Shown here: positions 21,967-31,351 of the stretch, in pieces
Layout: each line of letters begins with the position of its first letter
Position numbering within the stretch: position 1 is the stretch's first letter
Assembly: GCA_963749495.1 (NCBI GenBank)
Contig: CAVVMW010000019.1
Coordinates: 32,001 to 96,000 of the forward strand
Origin: an uncultured bacterium
GTDB lineage: Bacteria; Verrucomicrobiota; Verrucomicrobiia; Limisphaerales; UBA8199
Reading direction: 5' to 3'
DNA length: 64,000 bases
The notes under the pieces: generated by a model
Told to the model about the DNA's origin: nothing
Seen by the model: only the letters and a program-made list of their open reading frames with translations
The model's database searches: none
Translations under genes and position numbers: made by a program

Positions 21967-22048
21967 GGGCTCAGCCGGCTCCGAACCGCGTCAGCCAGGC
22001 GAGTGCGCCCACGCAGCCTGGGGTCTTGATCTCCACGGCCCGGCCCCT

Positions 22049-22076
22049 TTGACAGACAAGCCTCTTGTGGCATGGT
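22049..22076 (+). promoter_or_regulatory. Candidate sigma70 promoter
   Basis: TTGACA, 16-bp spacer ending TGG, CATGGT; 30 bp before the ATG at 22107. Confidence 0.4.
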
Positions 22077-22106
22077 TTGTTGTTTGTTTGACTTTACAAG
22101 AACCTT

Positions 22107-22538
22107 ATGAAGAAAACAGCGATTGCATTGTGCGTCGGGGCCGTGTGTTCTTTGTCCCTCTTGATTGCCCAGGGCGGCGAGAAAAAGGAAGTGAAGGTGG
22201 ATTTCTCGAAGCTCCCGCCCGTTGCGGAGAAGAAAGGCGTGACCTACGCCAAGGACATCAAGCCAATATTCGACGAATCGTGCGCGAAGTGCCACGGCGC
22301 CGAGAAGCCCAAGGCCAAGCTGCGCCTGGACAGCCTGGAGGGAGCGATCAAGGGAGGCGAGGATGGCAAGGTCATCCGGCCCGGTGACAGCACCCACAGC
22401 CTCCTGATCCACTGCGTGGCGCACGCCGGCGACCCGGACATTTACATGCCTCCCCCCAAGAATAAGGCCAACATCCCGCCGTTGTCCAAAGAGCAGATCG
22501 GCCTGGTCCGCGCATGGATTGATCAAGGCGCGAAATAG
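22107..22538 (+). CDS. Exported c-type cytochrome domain protein (planctomycete PSCyt1-like)
   Basis: Signal peptide; DIKPIF..SCAKCHG..LRLD..MPP..WIDQGA. Confidence 0.88.
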   Translation: MKKTAIALCVGAVCSLSLLIAQGGEKKEVKVDFSKLPPVAEKKGVTYAKDIKPIFDESCAKCHGAEKPKAKLRLDSLEGAIKGGEDGKVIRPGDSTHSLLIHCVAHAGDPDIYMPPPKNKANIPPLSKEQIGLVRAWIDQGAK

Positions 22539-22605
22539 GTGGGGCGCATCTGACCTTTGTCGGCCCTCGGCAAGCCAGGGAATTGGAGCGCGGCGTCGGG
22601 AAGCC

Positions 22606-22710
22606 CGCAAGGTTGTGGACTGCGCCAGTCCTCTGGCGCTTTGGCGTCCCCAGGGTCCGAAACGCGGTCCCGATGGGTCGGGGCCGCAGTCCAAAACGCT
22701 TCGCGATTTC
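22606..22710. repeat. REP-like palindrome family A, second (inverted) copy with a nested micro-palindrome
   Basis: tggactgcgccagtcctctggcgcttt ... gccgcagtccaaaacgcttcgcgatttc; cccgatgggtcggg at 22669-22682. Confidence 0.75.
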
Positions 22711-22798
22711 GGATGCGCGCTCCCATCGCTCGGTTCCGCCGCCCCGTTCCGGTGTTGACGAGCGGCCTGGGGCGGGCAAGACTCGGCCCCGATCAGCC

Positions 22799-23380
22799 AT
22801 GACCACCGCCAATATCATAACGATCCTGAGGATATTGCTCACCCCCTTTTTCGTGGTCGAGGTGCTCTACTACGTGCGGACGCACAACGAGGTCTATCGC
22901 GTGGCGGCACTCAGCACGTTTGCCGTGGCGGCCATCTGCAACGGGGTGGACGGTTTCATCGCCCGGCGCTACAACCAGCGCAGCGAGTTGGGGGCGATCC
23001 TCGATCCGTTGGCGGACAAACTCCTGCTGGTCTCCGGCATCGTGGTGCTGAGCCTGGACAACGAGCCCTACCTCCACACCATCCCGCTTTGGTTGACCGG
23101 CACGATCATCGGCCGCGACATCCTCCTGCTGGTCGGCCTGGTCGTCATCCAGATGACCGTCGGCAAGGTCAAGGTCCGCCCGCGCGTCCCGGGCAAGATC
23201 GCCACCGTCCTGCAGATGATCGTCATCATTTGGATACTCTTGAAGTGGAGCGACCACTGGCTGGCCTGGTGGACTTTCGGGGCGGCGGTCTTCACGGGCG
23301 TCTCGGGCTTGCTCTATGTTTGGGACGGCGTGCGCCAATTGAGCGCGCACCCCGCCAGCTCGCCCACGACAAGGCAGTAG
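22799..23380 (+). CDS. CDP-alcohol phosphatidyltransferase (PgsA-like)
   Basis: ANIITILR; NGVDGFIAR...GAILDPLADK. Confidence 0.9.
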   Translation: MTTANIITILRILLTPFFVVEVLYYVRTHNEVYRVAALSTFAVAAICNGVDGFIARRYNQRSELGAILDPLADKLLLVSGIVVLSLDNEPYLHTIPLWLTGTIIGRDILLLVGLVVIQMTVGKVKVRPRVPGKIATVLQMIVIIWILLKWSDHWLAWWTFGAAVFTGVSGLLYVWDGVRQLSAHPASSPTTRQ

Positions 23381-23403
23381 GGACGAGGGGCGAGGGGGTG
23401 ACC

Positions 23404-23486
23404 AATGACGAATGACGAATGACGAATGACGAATGACGAATGACGAACGTCGGCGCGCCCCATTCGTCATTCGTCATTCGTCATTC
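23404..23486. repeat. Inverted heptamer arrays (AATGACG)6 / (CATTCGT)3
   Basis: Read directly; forms a hairpin downstream of the pgsA-like gene. Confidence 0.95.
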
Positions 23487-23589
23487 CTCTTTCCCTCGCC
23501 CGTCGTATTTGACAGCACCGCGCCTGTGGAGAACAGTAACCTGCGTAGTGCTCAACCCGTTAACTGTGAACTGATAAGGAATCGGATCT

Positions 23590-24066
23590 ATGGCTATACC
23601 TGTGGGCGCCAAGGCGCCGGACTTTACTCTCAAATCCAAACAAGCCACCGGCCTGGTGGACGTGAAGCTCAGCGACAACCTGGGCAGGAAAAACACCGTG
23701 CTGCTGTTCTTCCCGGCGGCGTTCACCAGCGTTTGCACCCAGGAGATGTGCGACATCAGCAATGGCCTCAAGGCCTACTCCAGCCTCAACGCCAACGTCA
23801 TCGGCATCAGCGTGGACACCCCCTTCGCGCAAGAGGCCTGGGCCCGGCAGGAGAAAATCAATCTCACCCTCGCCAGCGACCTCAACAAGGAGGTCACCAG
23901 GAAGTACGAGGTCGTTTTTCCCATGCTCGCCGGCATCGGGGACACGGCGGCGCGCGCCGCGTTCGTCATCGACAAGCAGGGCGTGGTGCGCTACAGCGAG
24001 CAGACCCCGACCCCCAAGGACCTGCCCAACTTCCAGAAGGTCAAGCAGACACTCCAGGGCCTGTAA
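23590..24066 (+). CDS. Peroxiredoxin (AhpC/TSA family)
   Basis: APDFTL; FFPAAFTSVCTQE (PxxxTxxC); RAAFVIDKQG. Confidence 0.92.
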   Translation: MAIPVGAKAPDFTLKSKQATGLVDVKLSDNLGRKNTVLLFFPAAFTSVCTQEMCDISNGLKAYSSLNANVIGISVDTPFAQEAWARQEKINLTLASDLNKEVTRKYEVVFPMLAGIGDTAARAAFVIDKQGVVRYSEQTPTPKDLPNFQKVKQTLQGL

Positions 24067-24101
24067 GGCATCGGTGAAGGTGTGAGTGTCACGGGGGCGG
24101 A

Positions 24102-24154
24102 CCCCTCACCCCGGCCCTCTCCCCTTCGGAAGGGGAGAGGGTTGGGGTGAGGGG
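24102..24154. terminator. Near-perfect palindrome between convergent genes (REP-like, possible bidirectional terminator)
   Basis: cccctcaccccggccctctccccttc-g-gaaggggagagggttggggtgagggg. Confidence 0.65.
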
Positions 24155-24179
24155 CCTCCGGCCCTCGGCCGCCGCGCTA

Positions 24180-25574
24180 TCAATATTCCCGCTTCCGCGT
24201 GATGCCGGGATTAGGCATGGGGTATTTGCCGTCCTTGTCCGCCAGCAGCGGGGCCGGGGAATCCATGGTGAATTTGTCCACGCCGGGGGCGAATTCGTGG
24301 TCGCTGTTGAGCATGTCGTCGAAGGTAATCTCCTGGCCGGTGTGGGCCGCCATGCGCCCCATGCTCGAGACGAGGCTGGCCTCGACACCCCGCTTGGCCT
24401 CGTTGTAGGGCTTGTCGTTGCGGATGGCGTCAACCAGGTCGTTCCACTCGTTGGTATAGGGGTCGCGCTGGTCCGGTGGGACCTGTGAGACCCAGAGCTG
24501 GTTGGAGCGCTGCAGGTTCTGGCCCTTGAAGATTCTGGAAGGCAGGTCGCAATCGTTGGAGGCGGAGACAGTCGCGATGCCTTTGCTCCCGTGCGCGTAA
24601 CTGGAGTAGATGGAGTGGCAGCCGTTCATGCAGCGCCCGTCCATGTACATCTTGGCGCCGTCGGCAAAGGTGTACTCGACCGAATACACATCGAAATTCT
24701 GGTCAACGTAGGGCTTGCCATCCGGGTCCAGGCGGTAATGCTTGCCGCCCAGGGCCTGGGCCTTGACCGGCCAGGCATTCTTCATCCAGCAGAGGTGATC
24801 AACGTGGTGGATGTAGAAGTCGTTGAAGCACCCGCCGCTGGCCCAGAGGAAACTGTGGAAGTTGCGGATCTGCCAGAGCAATTCGCTGGGCTGGCCCGGC
24901 CACTTCGTGACGTAGGCCGAGCCGGCCGGCCCGTGCATCCGGTATCCGCGCAGCAGGATGATGTCGCCCAGTTCCCCCTCCTGGATGCGTTTGGACAACT
25001 CCTCGAAGGCCCGGCTGTGCCGCGACATCAGCCCCACCCCGACCTTCAGGTTCTTGGCGCTCGCCTCCTCAGCCAGCTTGAGCATCCGCCGCGAGGCCGC
25101 TCCGTCTGCCGTCACCGGCTTCTCCATGAAGACGTTCAGCCCCTTTTGGATGGCGTAGGTGAAATGCACCCAGCGAAACGCCAGCGGCGTCGTGAAGATG
25201 GCAATGTCGCCCGGCTTGAGGCAATCCATCGCGTGCTGGTAGGCGTCGAAGCCGATGAATTTGTGGTCCTCGGGGACTTCAACCCGGTCGGCGCAACCGC
25301 TGCGTTTGAGGGCCTCATAACTGCCGTTGAGGCGGTCTTGGAAAACATCGGCCATGGCGACCAGCTTGACCCCGCCGCCCTTGACGTTGAGGGCGTTCTC
25401 GGCGGCGCCGCCGCCGCGCCCCCCGCAGCCAATCAGCGCCACCTGGAGCGTGTCCCCGGGGGCGGCATTGACGCGGGGCAACGTGACCCCTGCCAAGGCC
25501 GAGACAGCCGCAATGCGGCCGGTAGTCTTGATAAACTCACGACGTGTCGAAACAGAATTGGATGATTCGTTCAT
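24180..25574 (-). CDS. Tat-exported Gfo/Idh/MocA oxidoreductase
   Basis: STRREFIK twin-arginine signal; ALIGCGGRG; FMEKP. Confidence 0.92.
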   Translation of the reverse strand: MNESSNSVSTRREFIKTTGRIAAVSALAGVTLPRVNAAPGDTLQVALIGCGGRGGGAAENALNVKGGGVKLVAMADVFQDRLNGSYEALKRSGCADRVEVPEDHKFIGFDAYQHAMDCLKPGDIAIFTTPLAFRWVHFTYAIQKGLNVFMEKPVTADGAASRRMLKLAEEASAKNLKVGVGLMSRHSRAFEELSKRIQEGELGDIILLRGYRMHGPAGSAYVTKWPGQPSELLWQIRNFHSFLWASGGCFNDFYIHHVDHLCWMKNAWPVKAQALGGKHYRLDPDGKPYVDQNFDVYSVEYTFADGAKMYMDGRCMNGCHSIYSSYAHGSKGIATVSASNDCDLPSRIFKGQNLQRSNQLWVSQVPPDQRDPYTNEWNDLVDAIRNDKPYNEAKRGVEASLVSSMGRMAAHTGQEITFDDMLNSDHEFAPGVDKFTMDSPAPLLADKDGKYPMPNPGITRKREY

Positions 25575-25648
25575 AGGCAATATATTCCAGACGTTGCCCT
25601 GGCCGTGTCAATTCAAGATTTTGGCGGGATGCGCCCGCCTTTAATGGG

Positions 25649-27727
25649 GTCGAGTAGGGACGCGGGTTGCCCCGCGTCCCCCTCGCAGATCCCGGCGGGC
25701 GGTTTTCCCGCACCGGGCTCTTCACGACAACTCGCTCGCGCACGCGCACGGTCGGCAGGCGTCCCCATACAGCTTAATCTGACTGAGCTGTTCGAGGTCC
25801 CATTCCGCCGGGCCACGCAGACGCAGAGAGCCCCCTGCCCGTTCCACCACTCGCGGTGGTGGCACCTTGAAGCGCTGGAGCAGCCGGTCGAAGGTGCGCC
25901 AAGTGAAACTGCGCCGCTGACTCCGCCGATTCAGCCACTTGTACAGGATGCGGCTGGTTTCGCGGTGGTAGCGGTTCAGGCTCTCAGAGTTGCCTATGAT
26001 TCCATAGTAATTCCAGTAGCCTTGATATTTCGCTCTCAGCGTTTCCATCAACTCGCCCAGCGGGTTATGCCTCTCGGCTTTAATCCACTCGGTGAACCGT
26101 TGCACCGCCCCCCGCAATTTCTTGCGGCTGGTGCGACGCTTGACAGTGGGCTGCCCCCGGTGGCCCCGACCCCAGGAAAACTCAAATCCCAGGAAGTCGA
26201 ACCGCCCGTTGTGCCGCCCACCCCATGGCCCAAAACGTATTCGCTGCGTCTTGTCCATGGCCAGTTCCAACCCGAACTGGTGCATGCGCTCCTGAAGCGC
26301 CTGCTCGAACGCCTCGGCCTCGTGCCGATAATCGAAGCAGCACACAAAGTCGTCCGCATAGCGGAACAACCGGCTCTGCCCCCGATACCGTTTGCGCATC
26401 CGCCGCTCAAACCACAGGTCCAGCACGTAATGCAGATACACGTTGGCCAGCACTGGAGAAACGCTCCCCCCTGGGGCGTGCCGCTCTCCGGGTGCTCGAC
26501 GCGTCCGTCTTCTTCAAGGATGCCTGCTCGCAACCATTTGCGTATCAGGCCCAATAACGCCCCATCATCCACCCTGAGCGCCAGCATCTTCAGCAACCAG
26601 TCATGCCGGATGTGCTCGTAGTAGCCTTTGATGTCGGCCTCGACGATGAACTCGAACTGCCCCCGGTGTAGCGCATCGGTCAGCCCCCGCACTGCTTGCA
26701 GTGCGTCGCGCTGAGGCCGATAGCCGTAGCTGCAGTCCAGAAAGTCCGCTTCGTAGATGGCCGAGAGGATGGCCGCTGTTGCACTTTGCACCAGCTTTTC
26801 CTCCAGCGTCGGAATGCCCAAGGGCCTCAGTTTTCCGTTGCCCTTGGGGATGTACTTTCGGCGCACCAGTCGGGCGTGGTAACTCTTGTTCCTGAGCCGC
26901 CTCACCAAGTCGGCCAGATTGCTTTCGAGGTTCTTTTCATACTCCTCGTAGGTCACTCCGTCCACTCCTGGAGCCGCCTCTTTGCGCAAGGCTTTGAAGC
27001 TCTCCCGGAGACTGTCCTGGTTGAGCAGCCGGTAGAGTCCGCCAAACCGGTGCTTGGGGTTCTGCGCTGCCTTGTTGGCTATGGCCCGCAGGGAGGTTCG
27101 CCAGCCTGATTCCGTCGTTCTTACGGTGCTGGTTTCCTTTGCGGGCTGCGTCGTCGTGCCGGCCCCTTGGTCCGGGCTGGGGCAGCGTGTGCCTGGCCCC
27201 GGACTACTATGGACCGGTCCGATTCCCTGCTCTGTACCCATGGGGAGGTCTTCTTGTCGTTGGACCTCCTGTCCCGATTGGCCCCCGCAGTTGGTGCGTC
27301 GGGGGGCGGCAGGGCTTCCCAGTTTCCGTACGGCTCTTTGCTCGCGTGCCACGCTCTGCGACCCCGGCAGGTCTCCGGAGACCTCACCTGTAGCGGTCTC
27401 CTCCGTGTTGGGTTCCGGTGATGCGACACCGTCTCCACCTGCATGTTGTGGCGTTTCGGGGCTGGATTGCTTTAGCGGGGTGCGACTCCCGCTTGCGGCC
27501 TGCGAGCTTCCCTGTGTACGCTTCCAGGCAGTCGTTCGGCCTTCGGCATCCCTTGCGGGCGCTTGGGCCTGTCCTTCTGCCCGGCAACACTCGGGCTTGG
27601 GGAGCTGGTTAGGCTTTCCCACCCAGTTCTTTCGTGCTGGGGCACTGTTCATGTTTTCGTGTTGTCGTTCATGTTCAGTTCTGGAGGGATTTGCACCCTC
27701 AGAGCCGCCAGACTTTCACTGGCGCAC
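25649..27727 (-). mobile_element. Group II intron, full length (2079 nt)
   Basis: 5' GTGCG at 27727; domains V/VI gagcccggtgcgggaaaaccgcccgccgggatctg...ctactcgAC ending at 25649; EBS1 CGCATC (27420-27425, in a stem-loop) is complementary to the 5' exon end GATGCG. Confidence 0.92.
25722..27110 (-). CDS. ltrA: Intron-encoded reverse transcriptase/maturase without endonuclease domain (frameshift in a G run near 26468; start codon unclear)
   Basis: APGVDG, RPLGIP, SYGYRP, EADIKGYY, GTPQGG, RYADDF, FDFLGF, GYWNYYG. Confidence 0.9.
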
Positions 27728-27794
27728 CGCATCTGGCCTGTACCACCACAGGCACAGGAGTTGGAGACCCAACCCAAGGCTGCCCGCATGCGCT

Positions 27795-28018
27795 GCAACC
27801 CGGAGGGTTGCTAGAGGGTAGCCGGGGGTCGCGACGCCGTCGCGACCCCCGGTTGACGGTCAGAAGGGTCCTGCACCCCGGAACGGGGTGCCAGAAGACC
27901 GCGCGGTGCGGTGCGCCGGTTTCTGGCATCCCTCCGGGATGCAGGCGCACCCCTGCGCCGAACCGGGGGTCTCGCTTCGCTTCGACCCCCGGCTACCATC
28001 TGCCATCCCTCCGGGATG
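27795..28018. repeat. REP/BIME-like cluster of nested palindromes
   Basis: caacccggagggttg, ccgggggtcg..cgacccccgg (twice), gcaccccg..cggggtgc, catccctccgggatg (twice). Confidence 0.8.
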
Positions 28019-28175
28019 AAACGGGTGGCCCGGAGCCATGTCAGGAATTCCTATCCGTGGGGTGGCACATCTCAAATGCGCCCGCCTTTAATCGCACCCG
28101 GCTTCTAGGGTTGCATTTCCTCCCGTGGGGTGTAGATTCGTTCGGTCCCAAACGATCGCAATTGGCAAAAAACCT

Positions 28176-28526
28176 ATGAAGAACCGTCCTGCAACTGGCC
28201 CGATGTTCAAGAAAATGCTCCTGCCGCCCGGGCAGGCAAACCCATTCGTGGACCCGCTCGCCGCGTATCCCCCTTACAGCAGCAGCAAGAAATCCACTGC
28301 GGCAAGTTGGCGCAGCGCTGAGGCCAACATTACCGAAGTAGTGATCGAAGCCACCCGAGACGAGGAGAAAGCGCTGATCAATACATGGGTGGAGCAATTG
28401 ATCCGGGTCGAGCTGGGCAACGCGCTGGCCGACGACACGGCGCTGAATATCAACCTGGATACAACTACGACCGAAGCCATCCAGGAGGCCCTCGGGCGCC
28501 GGGCAGGCGGCAAGGCCCGCCGCTGA
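28176..28526 (+). CDS. Hypothetical protein (116 aa) with Ser/Thr runs
   Basis: ATG start after an A-rich leader, GC3-biased codons, co-oriented with the downstream GT gene; no family recognised. Confidence 0.6.
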   Translation: MKNRPATGPMFKKMLLPPGQANPFVDPLAAYPPYSSSKKSTAASWRSAEANITEVVIEATRDEEKALINTWVEQLIRVELGNALADDTALNINLDTTTTEAIQEALGRRAGGKARR

Positions 28527-28620
28527 GGGCGCCCGTGCATTCGGTGGCCGGCTCAGACCCGCGTCGAGCCATCCCGTTTCCCTGGCCGGCCGTTCGACCT
28601 GCGCGCCCGGCGCCACGCGC

Positions 28621-31351
28621 ATGAGAAAGTACATGTTCAAGTGCAACTTGTCCCTGGGCGACATCGTCGTGCTGACCGCTGCGGTCCGGGACTTGCACGC
28701 GCAGTATCCGGGCTTTTTCACCACAGACGTGCGGACGAGCTTTCGCGAGCCTCTGGGACCACAACCCCTTGCTGACGAAGTTGGATGAGTATGATCCGGA
28801 GGTCAAGATCCTGGAATGCCAGGACCTGCTGATCGAAAAGAGCGGGGAGAGCGCCTGCCACGCGCTGCACGGTTTTCTGGAGTTCCTCAACCGGCGCTTG
28901 GGATTTCGGCTCAAGCCCGCGGCGTTCCGGGGGGACATCTATTTGTCGCGGGCGGAGAGGGCCGCCGCGCCGCCTCTGCGCCGGCTCACCGGGCAGGACG
29001 TGCCCTACTGGCTCATCGGGGCCGGGGGCAAACTCGACTACACGATCAAGTGGTGGGATTGGCGCCGCTACCAGGAGGTGGTGGATGAGTTCCGCGGACG
29101 CATCCAATTTGTGCAGGTGGGCGAGTTGGCGCACTATCACCCTCGGTTGCGGGGCGTCATTGATTTGCGCGGCCGGACCAGCGTGCGTGAATTGGTCCTC
29201 CTGGTCCACCACGCGCAGGGGGTGCTCTGCGGTGTCACCGGGCTCATGCACCTGGCCAGCGCCGTGCCCGTCAGGGACCGGCATTGGCCGTTGCGTCCCT
29301 GCGTGGTCATTGCCGGGGGACGGGAGCCGGTTCACTGGGAGGCCTATCCGGGCCATCAATTCATTCACACCATCGGTGCGCTGCCCTGTTGCGCCCGCGA
29401 CGGCTGCTGGAAATCCCGCACGGTGCCCCTGGGCGACGGCGACCAGAAAGACCAGCCGGAAGAACTCTGCCTGAATGTCCGGGGAGCGCTGCCGCGGTGC
29501 ATGGACCTCATCACCAGCGGCGAGGTCGTGCGGCGCATCGAAACGTATTTTGAAGAAGGCGCAGCTCGTTTTCTGACAGCGCGCGAATGGCGGGCTGTGG
29601 CGCGCTCCGGGGCGCTGGCTGCGGCGCAAGCCGAACCGGACGCTCCCCTGAATATCTGCACGGCCCGCGACAGATCGGACCGCTTCATCGCGTCGCTCCC
29701 GGATTATCCCGGAGGCTATCGAGGCCGCGGCATAGTAATCTGCGGGGGCGGCGTGCGGCTCTTTGCCAACGCCTGGGTGTGCCTGCGGCTGCTGCGGCAC
29801 TTGGGCTGCGCGCTGCCCATTGAACTCTGGCACCTCGGCCAGGCCGAACTGGACGAGCCCATGCGCGCCCTGGTCCGGCCCCTGGGCGTCGAGTGCGTCG
29901 ATGCCCTGGCACTGGCTCGCAAACACCCGGCCCGCCAACTGCAAGGCTGGGCGCTCAAGTCCTTTGCCCTGCTCCACTCCTCGTTCCAGGAAGTCCTGTT
30001 GCTCGACGCGGACAATGTCCCGGTTGCCAACCCGGAGTTCCTCTTTGACACTCCGGAATACCGCCGGGCCGGGGCCGTGCTCTGGCCTGACCAGGACCGG
30101 CTGCCAAAGGAGGATCGGGCCTGGCGGATTTTCGATGTGCCCTATCGGGATGAACCGGCGGTGGAGAGCGGCCAGATCCTCGTTAACAAGGCCGTCTGCT
30201 GGCGGGCGCTGACCCTGGCCCGGTGGTATAACGAGCACGCGGGCTTCTATTACCAGCACGTGTACGGGGACAAGGAGACGTTTCACTTTGCCTTTCGCAA
30301 ACTGCGGGCGCCCTACGCGATGCCGGCGCGGGGCCTCAAGATGCTGCGCGGGGCGATGTGCCAGCACGCTTTTGACGGGCGCCGGCTCTTCCAGCACCGG
30401 AACATGGACAAATGGACCTTGTTCCCATTGAACCGCCGAATCGCGGGTTTTCGGCACGAGCAGAAGTGCCGGGAGTTCCTGCGGGAGTTGCGTCAAAGAT
30501 GGGATGCCCGGCTCTCGAGCTTTGCAATTCCTCCCCGTAAGAGCCGTCAGGAGGGGGCGCATCCGGACGCTGCCCCCGGAGTGCGCCCGTCCTCGGGCGC
30601 AGCAGCGACGGAGCGGGCAGGGGTGCTGGAGTGTTTGACCGCTGCCCTGGCTGCGGACGTCGCTGCGCCCGAGGACGGGCGCACTTCGCTCCGGCCCCCG
30701 GCGGTGGGGGCAGTGTCGGGCTGCGCCCGTCAGGAGGCCGGCATCGCGGCGGTGATGATTTCCTGCGCCGCGCGCCAGCGCCTGCGGGCGCGCACGCTGG
30801 CGGACCTGGGGCGGACGGATTGGGGGCCGGCGCCGGTCCAGCTTATCCTCGACAAGCAGCGGTTCCGCCACAAGGTGGAGAACATCGCCCACACCGGCTG
30901 GCGGGCGCTCAAGGCCGGGCTGGCCGCCGGGGCCGACTATGTTCTATTCCTGGAAGATGACCTGGCCTTCAACCTGCGCTTGCGCGAGAATCTGAGGGCC
31001 TGGAGCCCGCTGCAGGAGCGCCGGATGCCGGTGCTGAGCCTGTTCAATCCGGGGTTGCCGGAACTGGCCTGGGACCTCGCCCATCATGCCATGCTGGCCG
31101 ATCCAAACCGGGTGTTTGGCAGCCAGGCCCTGCTGATTTCCCGCCACGCTGTCCCGCACCTGCTCGAGCATTGGTTCGATGGGCCGGTTCCGTTGGACCT
31201 GAAGATCGGCTGGCTGGCTGCCAGGCTGGGGCAGCCGGTGGCTTACCATTGCCCATCGCTCGTGCAGCACGTCGGCCGCAAGAGCACCTGGGGAGGGGCT
31301 TTTTACGGTGCCTCTGATTTCAGGCGCTCCTGGAGGGCGCAACGGCCATGA
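28621..31351 (+). CDS. Multidomain glycosyltransferase: GT9-like + GT71/Mnn-type mannosyltransferase-like + C-terminal GT-A domain (frameshift near 28750)
   Basis: LGDIVVLTAAVRDLH..IDLRGRTS..MHLA; RGIVICGGG..LPIELW..K.FALLHSSFQEVLLLDADN..WPD..ESGQ..GDKETF; YVLFLEDD..PSLVQHVG. Confidence 0.8.
30580..30685. repeat. Perfect 24-bp inverted repeat element inside the GT reading frame
   Basis: agtgcgcccgtcctcgggcgcagc (30580-30603) / gctgcgcccgaggacgggcgcact (30662-30685). Confidence 0.9.

Noticed and set aside
27111..27652. N-terminal extension of the RT ORF
   Set aside because: Overlaps ribozyme domains I-III, including EBS1; unlikely to be translated
28718..30892. 724-aa minus-strand ORF and many similar antisense ORFs
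   Set aside because: Antisense to well-supported genes in high-GC DNA; no recognisable motifs
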